From a virus (lineage: Duplodnaviria > Caudoviricetes): a DNA stretch of 55,061 bases. Every line of letters begins with the position of its first letter. Within the stretch, counting starts at the first letter, position 1. The notes below the pieces were generated by a model, which made no database searches, was not told the origin of the DNA, and worked only from the letters and a program-made list of their open reading frames with translations. The stretch is taken from positions 1 through 55,061 of IMG/VR virus record IMGVR_UViG_3300030109_000603; one strand, 5' to 3'. This document shows positions 36,046 to 46,022 of the stretch, one piece after another. A program made the position numbers and the translations under genes.

Positions 36046-39000
36046 ATGGGAACAGGTTACACTAGAAACGATACATCTAATAACATTGCTGATGGTAACA
36101 TTATTAATGCTGCAGACTTAGATGGTGAATTTGACGCAATTGAAAGTGCTTTTGGTACAAGTGGACACACACATGATGGAACATCTGCAGAAGGTGGTCC
36201 TATTACTGTGCTTGGTCCTGTCCAAGACTTTGTAGCAAGTGCCACTGAAATTAAACCTAAGACTACCAATACACTTGATATTGGTACAAATAGTCTTTTG
36301 TTTAAGGATATGTTCTTAGATGGTGTAGCTACACTTGGTAGTATTAAAATTGATAATGCTGGTACAATTGGTTCTGCTTCTGATAGTGATGCTATTGCTA
36401 TTTCTTCTGGTGGTGTTGTTTCCTTCTCACAAAACACTATTGGTAAGACAGGCTCTGGTCACGTACTTTCAATTCAAACATCACACACAACTATGGAATC
36501 AGGCGATGTACTAGGTAAGATTGAGTTTAGTGCTCCTGATGAAGCTAGTGGTACAGATGCCATACTTGTTGGTGCATCTATTGAAGCATTAGCAGAAGAT
36601 ACATTTAGTTCTTCTGTAAACTCTAGTGCTCTTGTATTTAAAACCAATACATCTGCAGCAGCTACAGAGCGTATGCGGATTAAGTCTACTGGTGAAATGT
36701 CATTTACTGGTGCTGCAGAAATATCCAACACTTCAGGTGATTTTACTCTTGATGTAGCAGGTGATATTATCCTTGATGCTGCTGGTGGTGAGGTTCGTTT
36801 TGCAGATGGTAGTCAACAAGAATTTGTAGTTGATATGAATGATGCAGCAACAAAAACGATTTTAAGAACTTTAGTTTCTGATGCTGATTTGGTTTTTGAA
36901 GGTAATGATGGTGGTGCAGGTTTTACTGCCCTTACCCTTGATATGTCTGAGGCTGGTGCTGCTACGTTTAATTCGGCAATAGGGGTTGGTAGTGCGGCTG
37001 CAACTGGTTATGCCGTTGATGTAACAGGTCTATCTGGCTATGACGATATTATGCGGTTGACTGCGGTTGGTACAAATATTGGTGCAAGAATAAACCTTAC
37101 CAGCACAGGCACAGGCGTTAATAGAATTAATGCTACGAATAACAGCCTTGCTTTGCAGACTGGTGGCACATCTCGCATAACCATAGACAGCAGCGGTAAT
37201 GTTGGGATTGGGCAATCTCCAAATATGAAGCTAAACATTCTTCATGCTGATGAAGATGGAATAAGATTAAATACTGCAGATGGTGCAGCAAGTTTTATAG
37301 ATTTTGGTGATGCAAGTGATAACGATATAGGTCGGATTAGCTACGACCATGCAGACAATCACATGGCATTTCGCACTAATAACGCAGAACGCATGCGCAT
37401 CGACAGCAGCGGTAATGTCGGCATCGGCACAAATTTGCCAGACACCCTTTTGCATCTGTCAGGTGCAGATACAGCGGTAATTCGTCTTGAAAATAGTGAT
37501 AGCTCCCTTGTGGCTGATCAACTTATTGGTGGTCTTGAGTTTGAGAAAACCGATGGCTCTGGCGCTGGTGTAGGTGTTGTTGGTGGTGTGCGAATGCACT
37601 CAGAGGGTAGCATTGGGCAAAGCACATATTTAGCTTTTAGCGTTGCATCATCATCTTCAAATAATTATGAAGCCATGCGCATTGATAGCCTTGGCGATAT
37701 TGGGATTGGTACAACCGATCCAAGGCATAGATTGGATATAGAAGATAGCGCAACTGGAGCCATTCCGACAAATGCTGATATGGGCGCATCTAATGAAAAC
37801 GGCAATTATTTCTCATTTCACAACGAAAATAACTCTGCAACATTTTCTGGACTGGCATTAGAAACAAGAACATCTGGTGCTTCAAAGTGGTTAATTGCTA
37901 ATGAATGGCAGAGTACTTACCTTGGTGACTTAGTATTTAGAGTTAGAGATGGTGGCACTTCTTCCTCTGAAGTTATGCGCATCGACAGCAGTGGTCGAGT
38001 GGGAATTGGAGGAACTCCTAACACTAGTTGGCGTGATGATATAGCAAATCAAAAAGTTCTTATGCTTGGTACAGAGGCTACTCTTTTTTCAGATGCAGGA
38101 GTAACAACTGAACTTTATAATAATGCGCTTGTAAATGACAGCGATACAATCGTAAACATATCTACACGAGGGGCTTCTCGTTATTATCAATATCAAGGGG
38201 CGCATAAGTGGTATACCGCAGCTTCTGCTAGTGCAGGGTCAAATATAAACACTGAAATGACCACTCCAAAGATGACACTGGATGTAAGCGGTAATGTTGG
38301 AATTGGGGCTACCACCGTTGATGAAATGCTCCACTTGGAGAAAACATCTGGCACAACCTTGGTTAAAACAGAAGTAGGCGGTAATTCTACTGTAGGTTTT
38401 GAAATTAAAAAGACTGGTTCTACTACTAGCAACTGGAGAATCGTAGACGGTCAAACGGTTAACGGCAAGTTAGAGATATACGATGTAACAGACAGTCGTT
38501 CTATTATGACGTTTGATGGCGATGGCAACGTAGGCATTGGGACGATAAGTCCGATTGCTGATCTATCCATCGTTGATAGCAGCACAGGCTCAGGGATTGA
38601 AATCCAACCAGAGGTAACAACCAATACAAACAGAATTACAAACTATGACCGTGTAGAAAGTGCTTATAAAAAGTTTCGCCTAGATGCGCTTGAGCATGCT
38701 TTCTACGTTAGCGGAACAGAGCGTATCCGTATCGAGGATACAGGCAGCACTGTACGCTTTGGCGGTACTACAAATGCAGGATACGTTGATTTTGATAGTT
38801 CAAGTCTTCAACTAAATACCCAACGTAATCCAAACACTGGTAGTTTTACGAACACAGGCAGGGCGCATACTTCTATTACCCTGTCTGATGGTAATGGCAC
38901 AGCCGCTAATTCTTACATTAGATTTATGACTTCAGAATCTAATAATACCACTGCAACAGAGCGTGTGCGAATAAAAGCAAACGGCAACGTAGGAATCGGA

Positions 39001-39972
39001 ACAACAAGCCCAGCCTCTCGTCTCCATCTAAATGCTAGTTCTGGTGTTGATATGATGATGACTAGAACATCAGGAGCAACTTCAGGACAACTAGGAAATA
39101 TTAGATTTGGCAACACAAATGTTGACAGTAACTTAGCAAACATTGGAGCGCATCAAGACGGTGCGACAGATGCCGCATATTTAACTTTTGAAACACAAGC
39201 AACAGGCGCAGCTACGGCTGAACGAATGCGTATTCTAAGCACTGGCGACATAAGAATGTCTACAAACAGTCAAACAACTGCTTTTTACTTGGACCACAGT
39301 AGTGATGATATTATTTTTGGGTCATCCTCAACAGGAAATAGCAATGCATACTTTGGTAATTTACATAGTGCTGACAATTTCTTTTATGCAGCAAATAATT
39401 CTTCTAACACAACAACACCACCTATATTTGTAAATCGTCAAAATAATGACGGTCTTTTAATTTTATTTAGGCAGGGCGATTCGGATGAAGGCAGCATTGA
39501 GGTTAGTGGTTCTACTGTTTCACTAAACGGTTTTTCAGGTAAACACGAAAGCTCTGGTATTTCTACGAGTGTAGAGATTGGCACTGTAGTAAGTACTATT
39601 GATGAATTGGATGTTTATCCAAATACACAACTTGACGTGAAAACAGGAGAAGAAATACCTAATCCCAAAGCAGGGCAAACTAGAACAGACCACGCAAAAG
39701 TAAAAGTCTCTGACAGAGAAGGTGATACAAGAGTTTATGGGGTGGTAAACAAATTTACACCAGAAAATAAAGTTATGGTTACTTCTCTTGGCATTGGATC
39801 AGTAAAAGTAACAGGTGCCTGTGCTGGTGGTGATCTGTTAGAAAGTAATGGCGATGGTACTGCTAAGGTTCAGTCGGATGACATTATAAGAAGTAAAACA
39901 ATCGGAAAAGTAACAATAGGAAACAGCAACACAGGTGTTAAACTTGTGTCTTGTGTCCTGTATTGCGGATAA
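36046..39972 (+). CDS. Tail fibre protein
   Basis: N-terminal anchor, repeated ERMRIDSSGNVGIG-type units, C-terminal GDLLES...TIGKV domain. Confidence 0.88.
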   Translation: MGTGYTRNDTSNNIADGNIINAADLDGEFDAIESAFGTSGHTHDGTSAEGGPITVLGPVQDFVASATEIKPKTTNTLDIGTNSLLFKDMFLDGVATLGSIKIDNAGTIGSASDSDAIAISSGGVVSFSQNTIGKTGSGHVLSIQTSHTTMESGDVLGKIEFSAPDEASGTDAILVGASIEALAEDTFSSSVNSSALVFKTNTSAAATERMRIKSTGEMSFTGAAEISNTSGDFTLDVAGDIILDAAGGEVRFADGSQQEFVVDMNDAATKTILRTLVSDADLVFEGNDGGAGFTALTLDMSEAGAATFNSAIGVGSAAATGYAVDVTGLSGYDDIMRLTAVGTNIGARINLTSTGTGVNRINATNNSLALQTGGTSRITIDSSGNVGIGQSPNMKLNILHADEDGIRLNTADGAASFIDFGDASDNDIGRISYDHADNHMAFRTNNAERMRIDSSGNVGIGTNLPDTLLHLSGADTAVIRLENSDSSLVADQLIGGLEFEKTDGSGAGVGVVGGVRMHSEGSIGQSTYLAFSVASSSSNNYEAMRIDSLGDIGIGTTDPRHRLDIEDSATGAIPTNADMGASNENGNYFSFHNENNSATFSGLALETRTSGASKWLIANEWQSTYLGDLVFRVRDGGTSSSEVMRIDSSGRVGIGGTPNTSWRDDIANQKVLMLGTEATLFSDAGVTTELYNNALVNDSDTIVNISTRGASRYYQYQGAHKWYTAASASAGSNINTEMTTPKMTLDVSGNVGIGATTVDEMLHLEKTSGTTLVKTEVGGNSTVGFEIKKTGSTTSNWRIVDGQTVNGKLEIYDVTDSRSIMTFDGDGNVGIGTISPIADLSIVDSSTGSGIEIQPEVTTNTNRITNYDRVESAYKKFRLDALEHAFYVSGTERIRIEDTGSTVRFGGTTNAGYVDFDSSSLQLNTQRNPNTGSFTNTGRAHTSITLSDGNGTAANSYIRFMTSESNNTTATERVRIKANGNVGIGTTSPASRLHLNASSGVDMMMTRTSGATSGQLGNIRFGNTNVDSNLANIGAHQDGATDAAYLTFETQATGAATAERMRILSTGDIRMSTNSQTTAFYLDHSSDDIIFGSSSTGNSNAYFGNLHSADNFFYAANNSSNTTTPPIFVNRQNNDGLLILFRQGDSDEGSIEVSGSTVSLNGFSGKHESSGISTSVEIGTVVSTIDELDVYPNTQLDVKTGEEIPNPKAGQTRTDHAKVKVSDREGDTRVYGVVNKFTPENKVMVTSLGIGSVKVTGACAGGDLLESNGDGTAKVQSDDIIRSKTIGKVTIGNSNTGVKLVSCVLYCG

Positions 39973-39985
39973 AAAGGAGAATAAA

Positions 39986-40294
39986 ATGGCAGTTTCATAC
40001 ACATGGTTAGTATCAAACACTGAACGCAACTTATCAGACGGTGGTGTAACAGTAGCACACTGGCGTTGTACAGGAGTAGAAGGTGACAATAGTGCATCTT
40101 CTTATGGTACAGCAGGTTTCACACCTGATGCATCAGCAGATGGTTTTGTAGCCTATGATAGCTTAACTGAAGCAAATGTACTTGCTTGGGTATGGGGTCA
40201 AAGTGAAACATGGAAAGCTGATGTAGAAGCATCTATTGCAACTAAGATTGATGCAATAGCTAACCCCACCACAGGCACAGGAGTGCCTTGGTAA
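39986..40294 (+). CDS. Fibre-associated small protein
   Basis: AGGAG RBS; YDSLTE..VLAW, ends VPW. Confidence 0.7.
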   Translation: MAVSYTWLVSNTERNLSDGGVTVAHWRCTGVEGDNSASSYGTAGFTPDASADGFVAYDSLTEANVLAWVWGQSETWKADVEASIATKIDAIANPTTGTGVPW

Positions 40295-40321
40295 TTTGTC
40301 AACTTAAAAAGGAGAAAACAG

Positions 40322-40543
40322 ATGGCAGAGAAAAAAACAACGCCTATTGTTATTGATGACGTAGAATATCAATATGAGGATATGACACAGGAGCAGCAAG
40401 TTCTTGTTAATCACGTAGCAGATTTGGATCGTAAGATTAAATCTACACAGTTTAATTTAGATCAGTTAAATGTTGGTCGTGGGGCATTTATGAATGCACT
40501 TACAAATGCATTAACTGTAGAGCCAGAAGAAAAGGCCGCATAA
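40322..40543 (+). CDS. Small coiled-coil protein (possible fibre chaperone)
   Basis: AGGAG RBS. Confidence 0.7.
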   Translation: MAEKKTTPIVIDDVEYQYEDMTQEQQVLVNHVADLDRKIKSTQFNLDQLNVGRGAFMNALTNALTVEPEEKAA

Positions 40544-40544
40544 T

Positions 40545-40811
40545 ATGCAAGAGGGTTGGCACTTATCAAAGTCTGTACCAGTTACATTCATTTTAGCAAT
40601 TGTAATGCAAACGGTAGCATTAGTTTGGTATGTGTCAACTCTTGACGCAGCAATCAAAAACAATTCTCGTGAACTAGCTAGACAAGAAGCAAGGTTAGAA
40701 ACTGTAGAAAAAACAGTGCAGTCACAAGCTGTAATGCTTGGTCGTATAGATGAAAACATAAAAGCAATAAGATCATCTGTAGAAAAGATGGCAAATAGAG
40801 ATGATAATTAA
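40545..40811 (+). CDS. Membrane-anchored coiled-coil protein
   Basis: N-terminal TM helix then coiled coil. Confidence 0.65.
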   Translation: MQEGWHLSKSVPVTFILAIVMQTVALVWYVSTLDAAIKNNSRELARQEARLETVEKTVQSQAVMLGRIDENIKAIRSSVEKMANRDDN

Positions 40812-40822
40812 GGTTTGCCATA

Positions 40823-41290
40823 ATGATAGAAGTATTAGCCTTAGCAGGTGCAGTAACTAAGATAGCTGGTGCAGTTAGCTCATCTATTAAAGCTGGTGGT
40901 GATGTAGCAAGTTTACTTCCTCATTTTGGTAAATTAGCTAAATTAGAAGCTGACATTAATTTAGCTGAACAGGGTAGACACAAAGGCCCACTAGGTAGGT
41001 TAAGTTCATCTGAAGAAGAAGGCTTTGCAATTGCACAAGCCAAGATGAAACACAAAGAAGCACAGAACGAATTACGTGAAGTGTGTAGACTATATGGCCC
41101 TCCCGGTATGTGGGATCTTGTTGTAAAAGAACAAGCTGCCGCTAGGGTAAGACAAAAAGAAGCACTAGAGGCACAAGCTAAAGCAAGAGACAGATTGTTT
41201 TGGGGTATATCAGTAGCAATAGGTGTGACATTTTTTGTTGTTGGATTAACCGCAATGATCTGGGGTCTTAACGAAGTAGTGAATGGATAA
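40823..41290 (+). CDS. Membrane protein
   Basis: C-terminal TM helix. Confidence 0.7.
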   Translation: MIEVLALAGAVTKIAGAVSSSIKAGGDVASLLPHFGKLAKLEADINLAEQGRHKGPLGRLSSSEEEGFAIAQAKMKHKEAQNELREVCRLYGPPGMWDLVVKEQAAARVRQKEALEAQAKARDRLFWGISVAIGVTFFVVGLTAMIWGLNEVVNG

Positions 41291-41296
41291 AATATA

Positions 41297-44200
41297 ATGG
41301 GATTTTGGAGTGACTTATCAATGGGTTTAGGTGTAACACCTAAGACTCAAGACTATGTAGATCGTACAGCAAGAACAATTGAAAGAACTCAAGGTTCTAA
41401 TAATGCTAGTACTTATTCAAATCAAATGACTAATAAAGTTAATGAAAATACAGGTCAAAACTTTCAAAATAACTACACTCCTAGTGAAGGATCTCAAGCT
41501 GTTGTAAATCAATTTAATGATAATGATGACAACGATAGATCTACAACTACTACTACATCAACATCACAACCAGACAGATCAACAATGTTTGGTGGTAATT
41601 TAAAAGATTATTCATATTTAAATAATAATCGTTTTCAAGCAAATGATTTAACTAGCGATGGTAATATGGTTGGCTATTCAAAGTATGGTCAATCTGTAGG
41701 TTCTAGTATTATTATTACTCCAGAAGGAAAATATCAATTAAATCCTAGTGAGGCTGTTAAAGACAGGCTAGGTGTAGCTGCAACAGATTTTGATACATTA
41801 GACGAAGCATTTAATATGCTTGATAGATTTAATGATGAACCATCAAATACTTTTGCTAGATATAATGCAGCTATACAACAGGGTTTAGATGATACTAAAG
41901 CTAGTATCTATGCAAACAATACTAGTTTTGGTAATCCCTCAGAGGTAACTGATGATGATGTAGGAGAAATGCAAGGTCCAGTTTATGAACCTGACGATCT
42001 AGAGGGAACTAGTGAACCCGATACTTCTGAACCTTTTCGTAGAGAAGGTGTTAATTATGTTGAACATGATGGAAAGATGGTTCCAGAAGAAGTTAAAAAT
42101 GGTTTAGAAATGCTTGTTGGGCTTCGTGATACTGACCTAAGCTATGATGTTAATGGTGATGGTAAGGTTGATATGAACGATATCTTAGGGTTTATAAGAT
42201 ATGGCACAGGTTTAAGTCAAGATGAAGCTACTGAAACCTTTATGCAAAACTTTTATACACCAAAAGATGAACCAGAAGAAACTATAGTAGAACCTGAAGA
42301 GCCTGATGTTGGTGAAGTTATGGATGATGTAGAAGAACCTGAACCAGATCCTACACCAGAACCAGTAGTTCAACCAGAACCTCAACTAGAACCTCAACCA
42401 GAACCTCAACCAGTAGTTCAACCAGAGATAATAACTCGTCCTGTCGTATCAGGAACTGATGCAGTTTATAAACCATTGCCACAAACAGACAGTGGTACAT
42501 ATACTGCTACACCTTATGATCCTGCAACACCTACATATTCAATCCCTGCACAAGTACAGCCACAAACTACACAATTCAGTCCTCAGTATGTAGCTGGACC
42601 TGTACAACAAACCGTAAGTTTACCAACTGCAGGTACTCCAACAGGTCAAACTAGGACAATTATGTATAGAAATCAAAGAGGTCAACAAATACCAATAACA
42701 GAAATAGATGGTAAGCCTATGACTTATGTACCACCCGGATATACAAGAGTTGGGGCAAGCCAACCTTTTAATCAAGGTGGACCAGTTGGTTATGCAGAAG
42801 GTGGTGATACTAGTCTAGATGCAGAGTATAACTTAGCAACTAAATTTCTTGGTTATAAAGGGCCAAAATCTAGATCTTCACTTAATGATTTTATGGAAGC
42901 CAACCCCGGTGCTGCTGCTCGTATGGGTAAGTATCAACAAGCTATGAGAGGTATGTATAAAGGTGGGGTTGTATATGCTTATGAGGGTACAGATGTAGGA
43001 CTTACTGATGGTGGTACTGCAGATGCTGGTATCTCTGGTGAAGGTGATGAATACTACGACACAACATTACCACAGTTTTTTGATGCTGTTAGCCAGACTA
43101 TGCAGCCAATGCAGTCTACTTATTCTACTATTGGCTACGATCCTAATCAAGCTATAGCAGGTACTGCAGGTCAAGTAGGAACTTATGCTCCTACAGTTGA
43201 TGCTGCACAAGTAGGTAGGGTAGAACAAGCAACTACACCAACATATACCCCTACAGCAACTTACGGTGCAGCTACTACTGCAGGTCAAGTAAGAGATGAA
43301 ACTGGTCGGTTACAACCTGTTGCAGGTCAAGTAAGTCGTGAAGCTCAAGTAGATGCAGCACAAGGTAGGTCAACATTAGATATTAATGCAGCCCAAGGTA
43401 CTGCAACAATGATGACTAACCCTGTAACTAGGGAGATACAATCAGGTGAATTAATTAGTGGTGCTGCAGACGCTCAGAAGGCCGCTAAGTTCACTGAACA
43501 GATTCAGGCTGCTCAAGCTACCCCAAGTAAACAAGCCACTGTACAGGGCCAATTAGAAGGTCTTATGCAGCAGTTTGAAGGTGGTGATACACCTGCATGG
43601 GCTGCTGGTGCAATGCGTAATGCTATGGGAGCTATGGCTGCTCGTGGTTTAGGTGCTTCTAGCCTTGCTGGACAAGCTGCTGTACAGGCAGCAATGGAAT
43701 CAGCATTACCTATTGCTCAAGCTGATGCACAAACAATTGCATCTTTTGAAGCTCAGAACTTGTCAAACCGTCAACAACGTGCTATGCTTGCGGCACAACA
43801 ACGTGCTCAGTTTATGGGTCAAGAGTTTGACCAAGCATTCCAAGCACGGGTACAAAACTCTGCACGTATTGCTGACATAGCTAATATGAACTTTACTGCA
43901 GAGCAACAGGTAGCATTAGAGAACTCTCGTGCTGTTAATACAATGAACCTAGCTAACCTATCTAATAAGCAAGCAGGTATTATGGCTGAAGCTGCTGCTA
44001 TTGCTAACATGGATATGGCTAACTTAAATAATCGCCAACAAGCTGCAGTACAAAATGCTCAGAACTTTATGGCAATGGACATGTCTAATCTTGACAGAGC
44101 ACAACAGACTGCATTGTTTAGATCACAACAGAATATACAAGCAATGTTTACTGATCAAGCTGCTGAGAATGCTGCACTACAGTTTAATGCTTCAAGTGAA

Positions 44201-44692
44201 AATCAAACTAAACAATTCTTTGCATCACTGTCTAGCCAAACTTCACAGTTTAATGCAGCACAAACTAATGCAGTAAATCAGTTTAATGTAAATTCTGTTA
44301 ATGCTATCCGTGAGTTTAATGCTAACTTACAACAACAACGAGATACCTTTAATGCTACTAATGGTTTGGTCGTAGCACAAGCTAATGCTCAATGGAGACA
44401 AAACCTTGCTACATTAAATACTGCTGCTGCTAATGAAAGTAATATGGCTTTTGCTGCAGCTATTAATGGTATGACATCAAAGAATATTGATGCTATATGG
44501 CAACGTGAACGTGATCTAATGAGTTATAATATTACATCAGTAGAATCTGGTAAAGATCGTGCCTTACAAGTTCTTTTAGGTGAGCAAACACTAGAAGCAT
44601 TAAGAGAAAAAATTGGTTATTCAGAAGATGCAGCAGAGTCAGAGTTTATGATGAGATTTTTATTCGGTGATTTTGGGGATCTCTTCGATTAA
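41297..44692 (+). CDS. Internal virion / ejection protein
   Basis: Long Gln/Ala/Asn-rich helical C-terminal half; EF-hand-like motif; Pro/Glu repeats. Confidence 0.7.
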   Translation: MGFWSDLSMGLGVTPKTQDYVDRTARTIERTQGSNNASTYSNQMTNKVNENTGQNFQNNYTPSEGSQAVVNQFNDNDDNDRSTTTTTSTSQPDRSTMFGGNLKDYSYLNNNRFQANDLTSDGNMVGYSKYGQSVGSSIIITPEGKYQLNPSEAVKDRLGVAATDFDTLDEAFNMLDRFNDEPSNTFARYNAAIQQGLDDTKASIYANNTSFGNPSEVTDDDVGEMQGPVYEPDDLEGTSEPDTSEPFRREGVNYVEHDGKMVPEEVKNGLEMLVGLRDTDLSYDVNGDGKVDMNDILGFIRYGTGLSQDEATETFMQNFYTPKDEPEETIVEPEEPDVGEVMDDVEEPEPDPTPEPVVQPEPQLEPQPEPQPVVQPEIITRPVVSGTDAVYKPLPQTDSGTYTATPYDPATPTYSIPAQVQPQTTQFSPQYVAGPVQQTVSLPTAGTPTGQTRTIMYRNQRGQQIPITEIDGKPMTYVPPGYTRVGASQPFNQGGPVGYAEGGDTSLDAEYNLATKFLGYKGPKSRSSLNDFMEANPGAAARMGKYQQAMRGMYKGGVVYAYEGTDVGLTDGGTADAGISGEGDEYYDTTLPQFFDAVSQTMQPMQSTYSTIGYDPNQAIAGTAGQVGTYAPTVDAAQVGRVEQATTPTYTPTATYGAATTAGQVRDETGRLQPVAGQVSREAQVDAAQGRSTLDINAAQGTATMMTNPVTREIQSGELISGAADAQKAAKFTEQIQAAQATPSKQATVQGQLEGLMQQFEGGDTPAWAAGAMRNAMGAMAARGLGASSLAGQAAVQAAMESALPIAQADAQTIASFEAQNLSNRQQRAMLAAQQRAQFMGQEFDQAFQARVQNSARIADIANMNFTAEQQVALENSRAVNTMNLANLSNKQAGIMAEAAAIANMDMANLNNRQQAAVQNAQNFMAMDMSNLDRAQQTALFRSQQNIQAMFTDQAAENAALQFNASSENQTKQFFASLSSQTSQFNAAQTNAVNQFNVNSVNAIREFNANLQQQRDTFNATNGLVVAQANAQWRQNLATLNTAAANESNMAFAAAINGMTSKNIDAIWQRERDLMSYNITSVESGKDRALQVLLGEQTLEALREKIGYSEDAAESEFMMRFLFGDFGDLFD

Positions 44693-44724
44693 TAAAGTGA
44701 GTGCTGACAGGAGTTTTAATTTCA

Positions 44725-45489
44725 ATGGCAATGTATACTAAATCCTACAATGATATGCAAAAGGTTTTACAAGACCCAAGCATGTTAAGAAATATATCTA
44801 AAGATAAAACAGAGTCTACTGGATTAGCGTCTAGGCTTAAGTCTGCTGCTGCTTCAACAGATGTTGAAGATCCTGCATCAGGTTTAGATCCTGCACCAGA
44901 GCTAATGCGTAGGATGCAAAAGTATAAAGGATATACGGATAATGCTGCTGAATCCAGAAAACAAATGATGGATAAAATTAAAGTTCAAAAAGCTTCTCTT
45001 GAAGAGCCAATTGAAACAGAAGATAATACTGCTACTTCTTCGTCTGAAACCTTAATGCCTAAACCTAGTAATGTTACAAGTCTTATTGATTTTATTATTG
45101 GAGAAGAAGGCTTTAAAGAAAAAGCTTATTGGGATGTAAAGCAGTACACTATTGGTTATGGAACTAAAGCTAAAAGTGCAGATGAAACTATAACAAAAGA
45201 AGAGGCTCTTAAACGTCTTAATGAAGAACTAGAGGTTGCTAAAAAAGCAGTGAGTAATTTAGAAAAAGGTTATGATGAAAAATTTACTGCTGGACAAAGA
45301 AAAGCATTAACTAGTTTTGCATATAATGCAGGTCAAGGAAACCTTAAAAAACTATCAGACAATGGAACTAGAGGCATTGAAGAAATAGGTGATATGCTGC
45401 TTGAGTATGTATATGCTGATGGAAAGAAACTTCCGGGCTTAGTTAAAAGACGACAAAAAGAATACGAATTATTTAACGAGGGTAACTAA
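44725..45489 (+). CDS. Virion-associated GH24 lysozyme
   Basis: EEGF...YWD...TIGYG, ALTSFAYNAG, GLVKRRQKE. Confidence 0.85.
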   Translation: MAMYTKSYNDMQKVLQDPSMLRNISKDKTESTGLASRLKSAAASTDVEDPASGLDPAPELMRRMQKYKGYTDNAAESRKQMMDKIKVQKASLEEPIETEDNTATSSSETLMPKPSNVTSLIDFIIGEEGFKEKAYWDVKQYTIGYGTKAKSADETITKEEALKRLNEELEVAKKAVSNLEKGYDEKFTAGQRKALTSFAYNAGQGNLKKLSDNGTRGIEEIGDMLLEYVYADGKKLPGLVKRRQKEYELFNEGN

Positions 45490-46019
45490 TGAGCATTATA
45501 TTTGCAGCACCAATCCCCGGTCAGTCACTAACCACTGAACCAAAGAACATGCCTTTTGAAAGACCACCAGAGATAGTTGATCCTATCGAAGCTCTTGATA
45601 TGCACATCGAAAACATTACTAAAGTAGAAGCATTAGAAGATGCATTTTATTTTCTTGAGCAAGGATTAACACTAACTGCTTTAGTAGAGGGAGTTCTTCG
45701 TAGTGCTGTTATGGAAGGAATGCATAGTATAGATGTTAGTCTTATTATTGCACCAGTATTACATGAATACATTAAAGGTTTAGCTACTGAGGCTGAAGTA
45801 GATTTTGATGAAGGGTTTGACAATCCAGAGCGTAAGAAAGCAATGACTTATGAAAGGGATCGTTCTCGTGCTAGGGAAATGTTAAACGAACTTCGTAAAG
45901 AAACTGGTGAGTTTCCTGAAGAGATGCCAAAGGATCTTGTAACAGAAGAACCTGCAATGGAAGAACCAAAGGTAGAGGCTGAACAACCAGCCCCCCAAGG
46001 CTTGATGGCAAGGAGATAG
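45489..46019 (+). CDS. Conserved virion-module protein
   Basis: APIPGQSLT...ERPP; ends GLMARR. Confidence 0.7.
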   Translation: MSIIFAAPIPGQSLTTEPKNMPFERPPEIVDPIEALDMHIENITKVEALEDAFYFLEQGLTLTALVEGVLRSAVMEGMHSIDVSLIIAPVLHEYIKGLATEAEVDFDEGFDNPERKKAMTYERDRSRAREMLNELRKETGEFPEEMPKDLVTEEPAMEEPKVEAEQPAPQGLMARR

Positions 46020-46022
46020 TAG

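Noticed and set aside
36046-39972. Diversity-generating retroelement acting on the tail fibre
   Set aside because: No reverse transcriptase and no template/variable repeat pair differing at adenines
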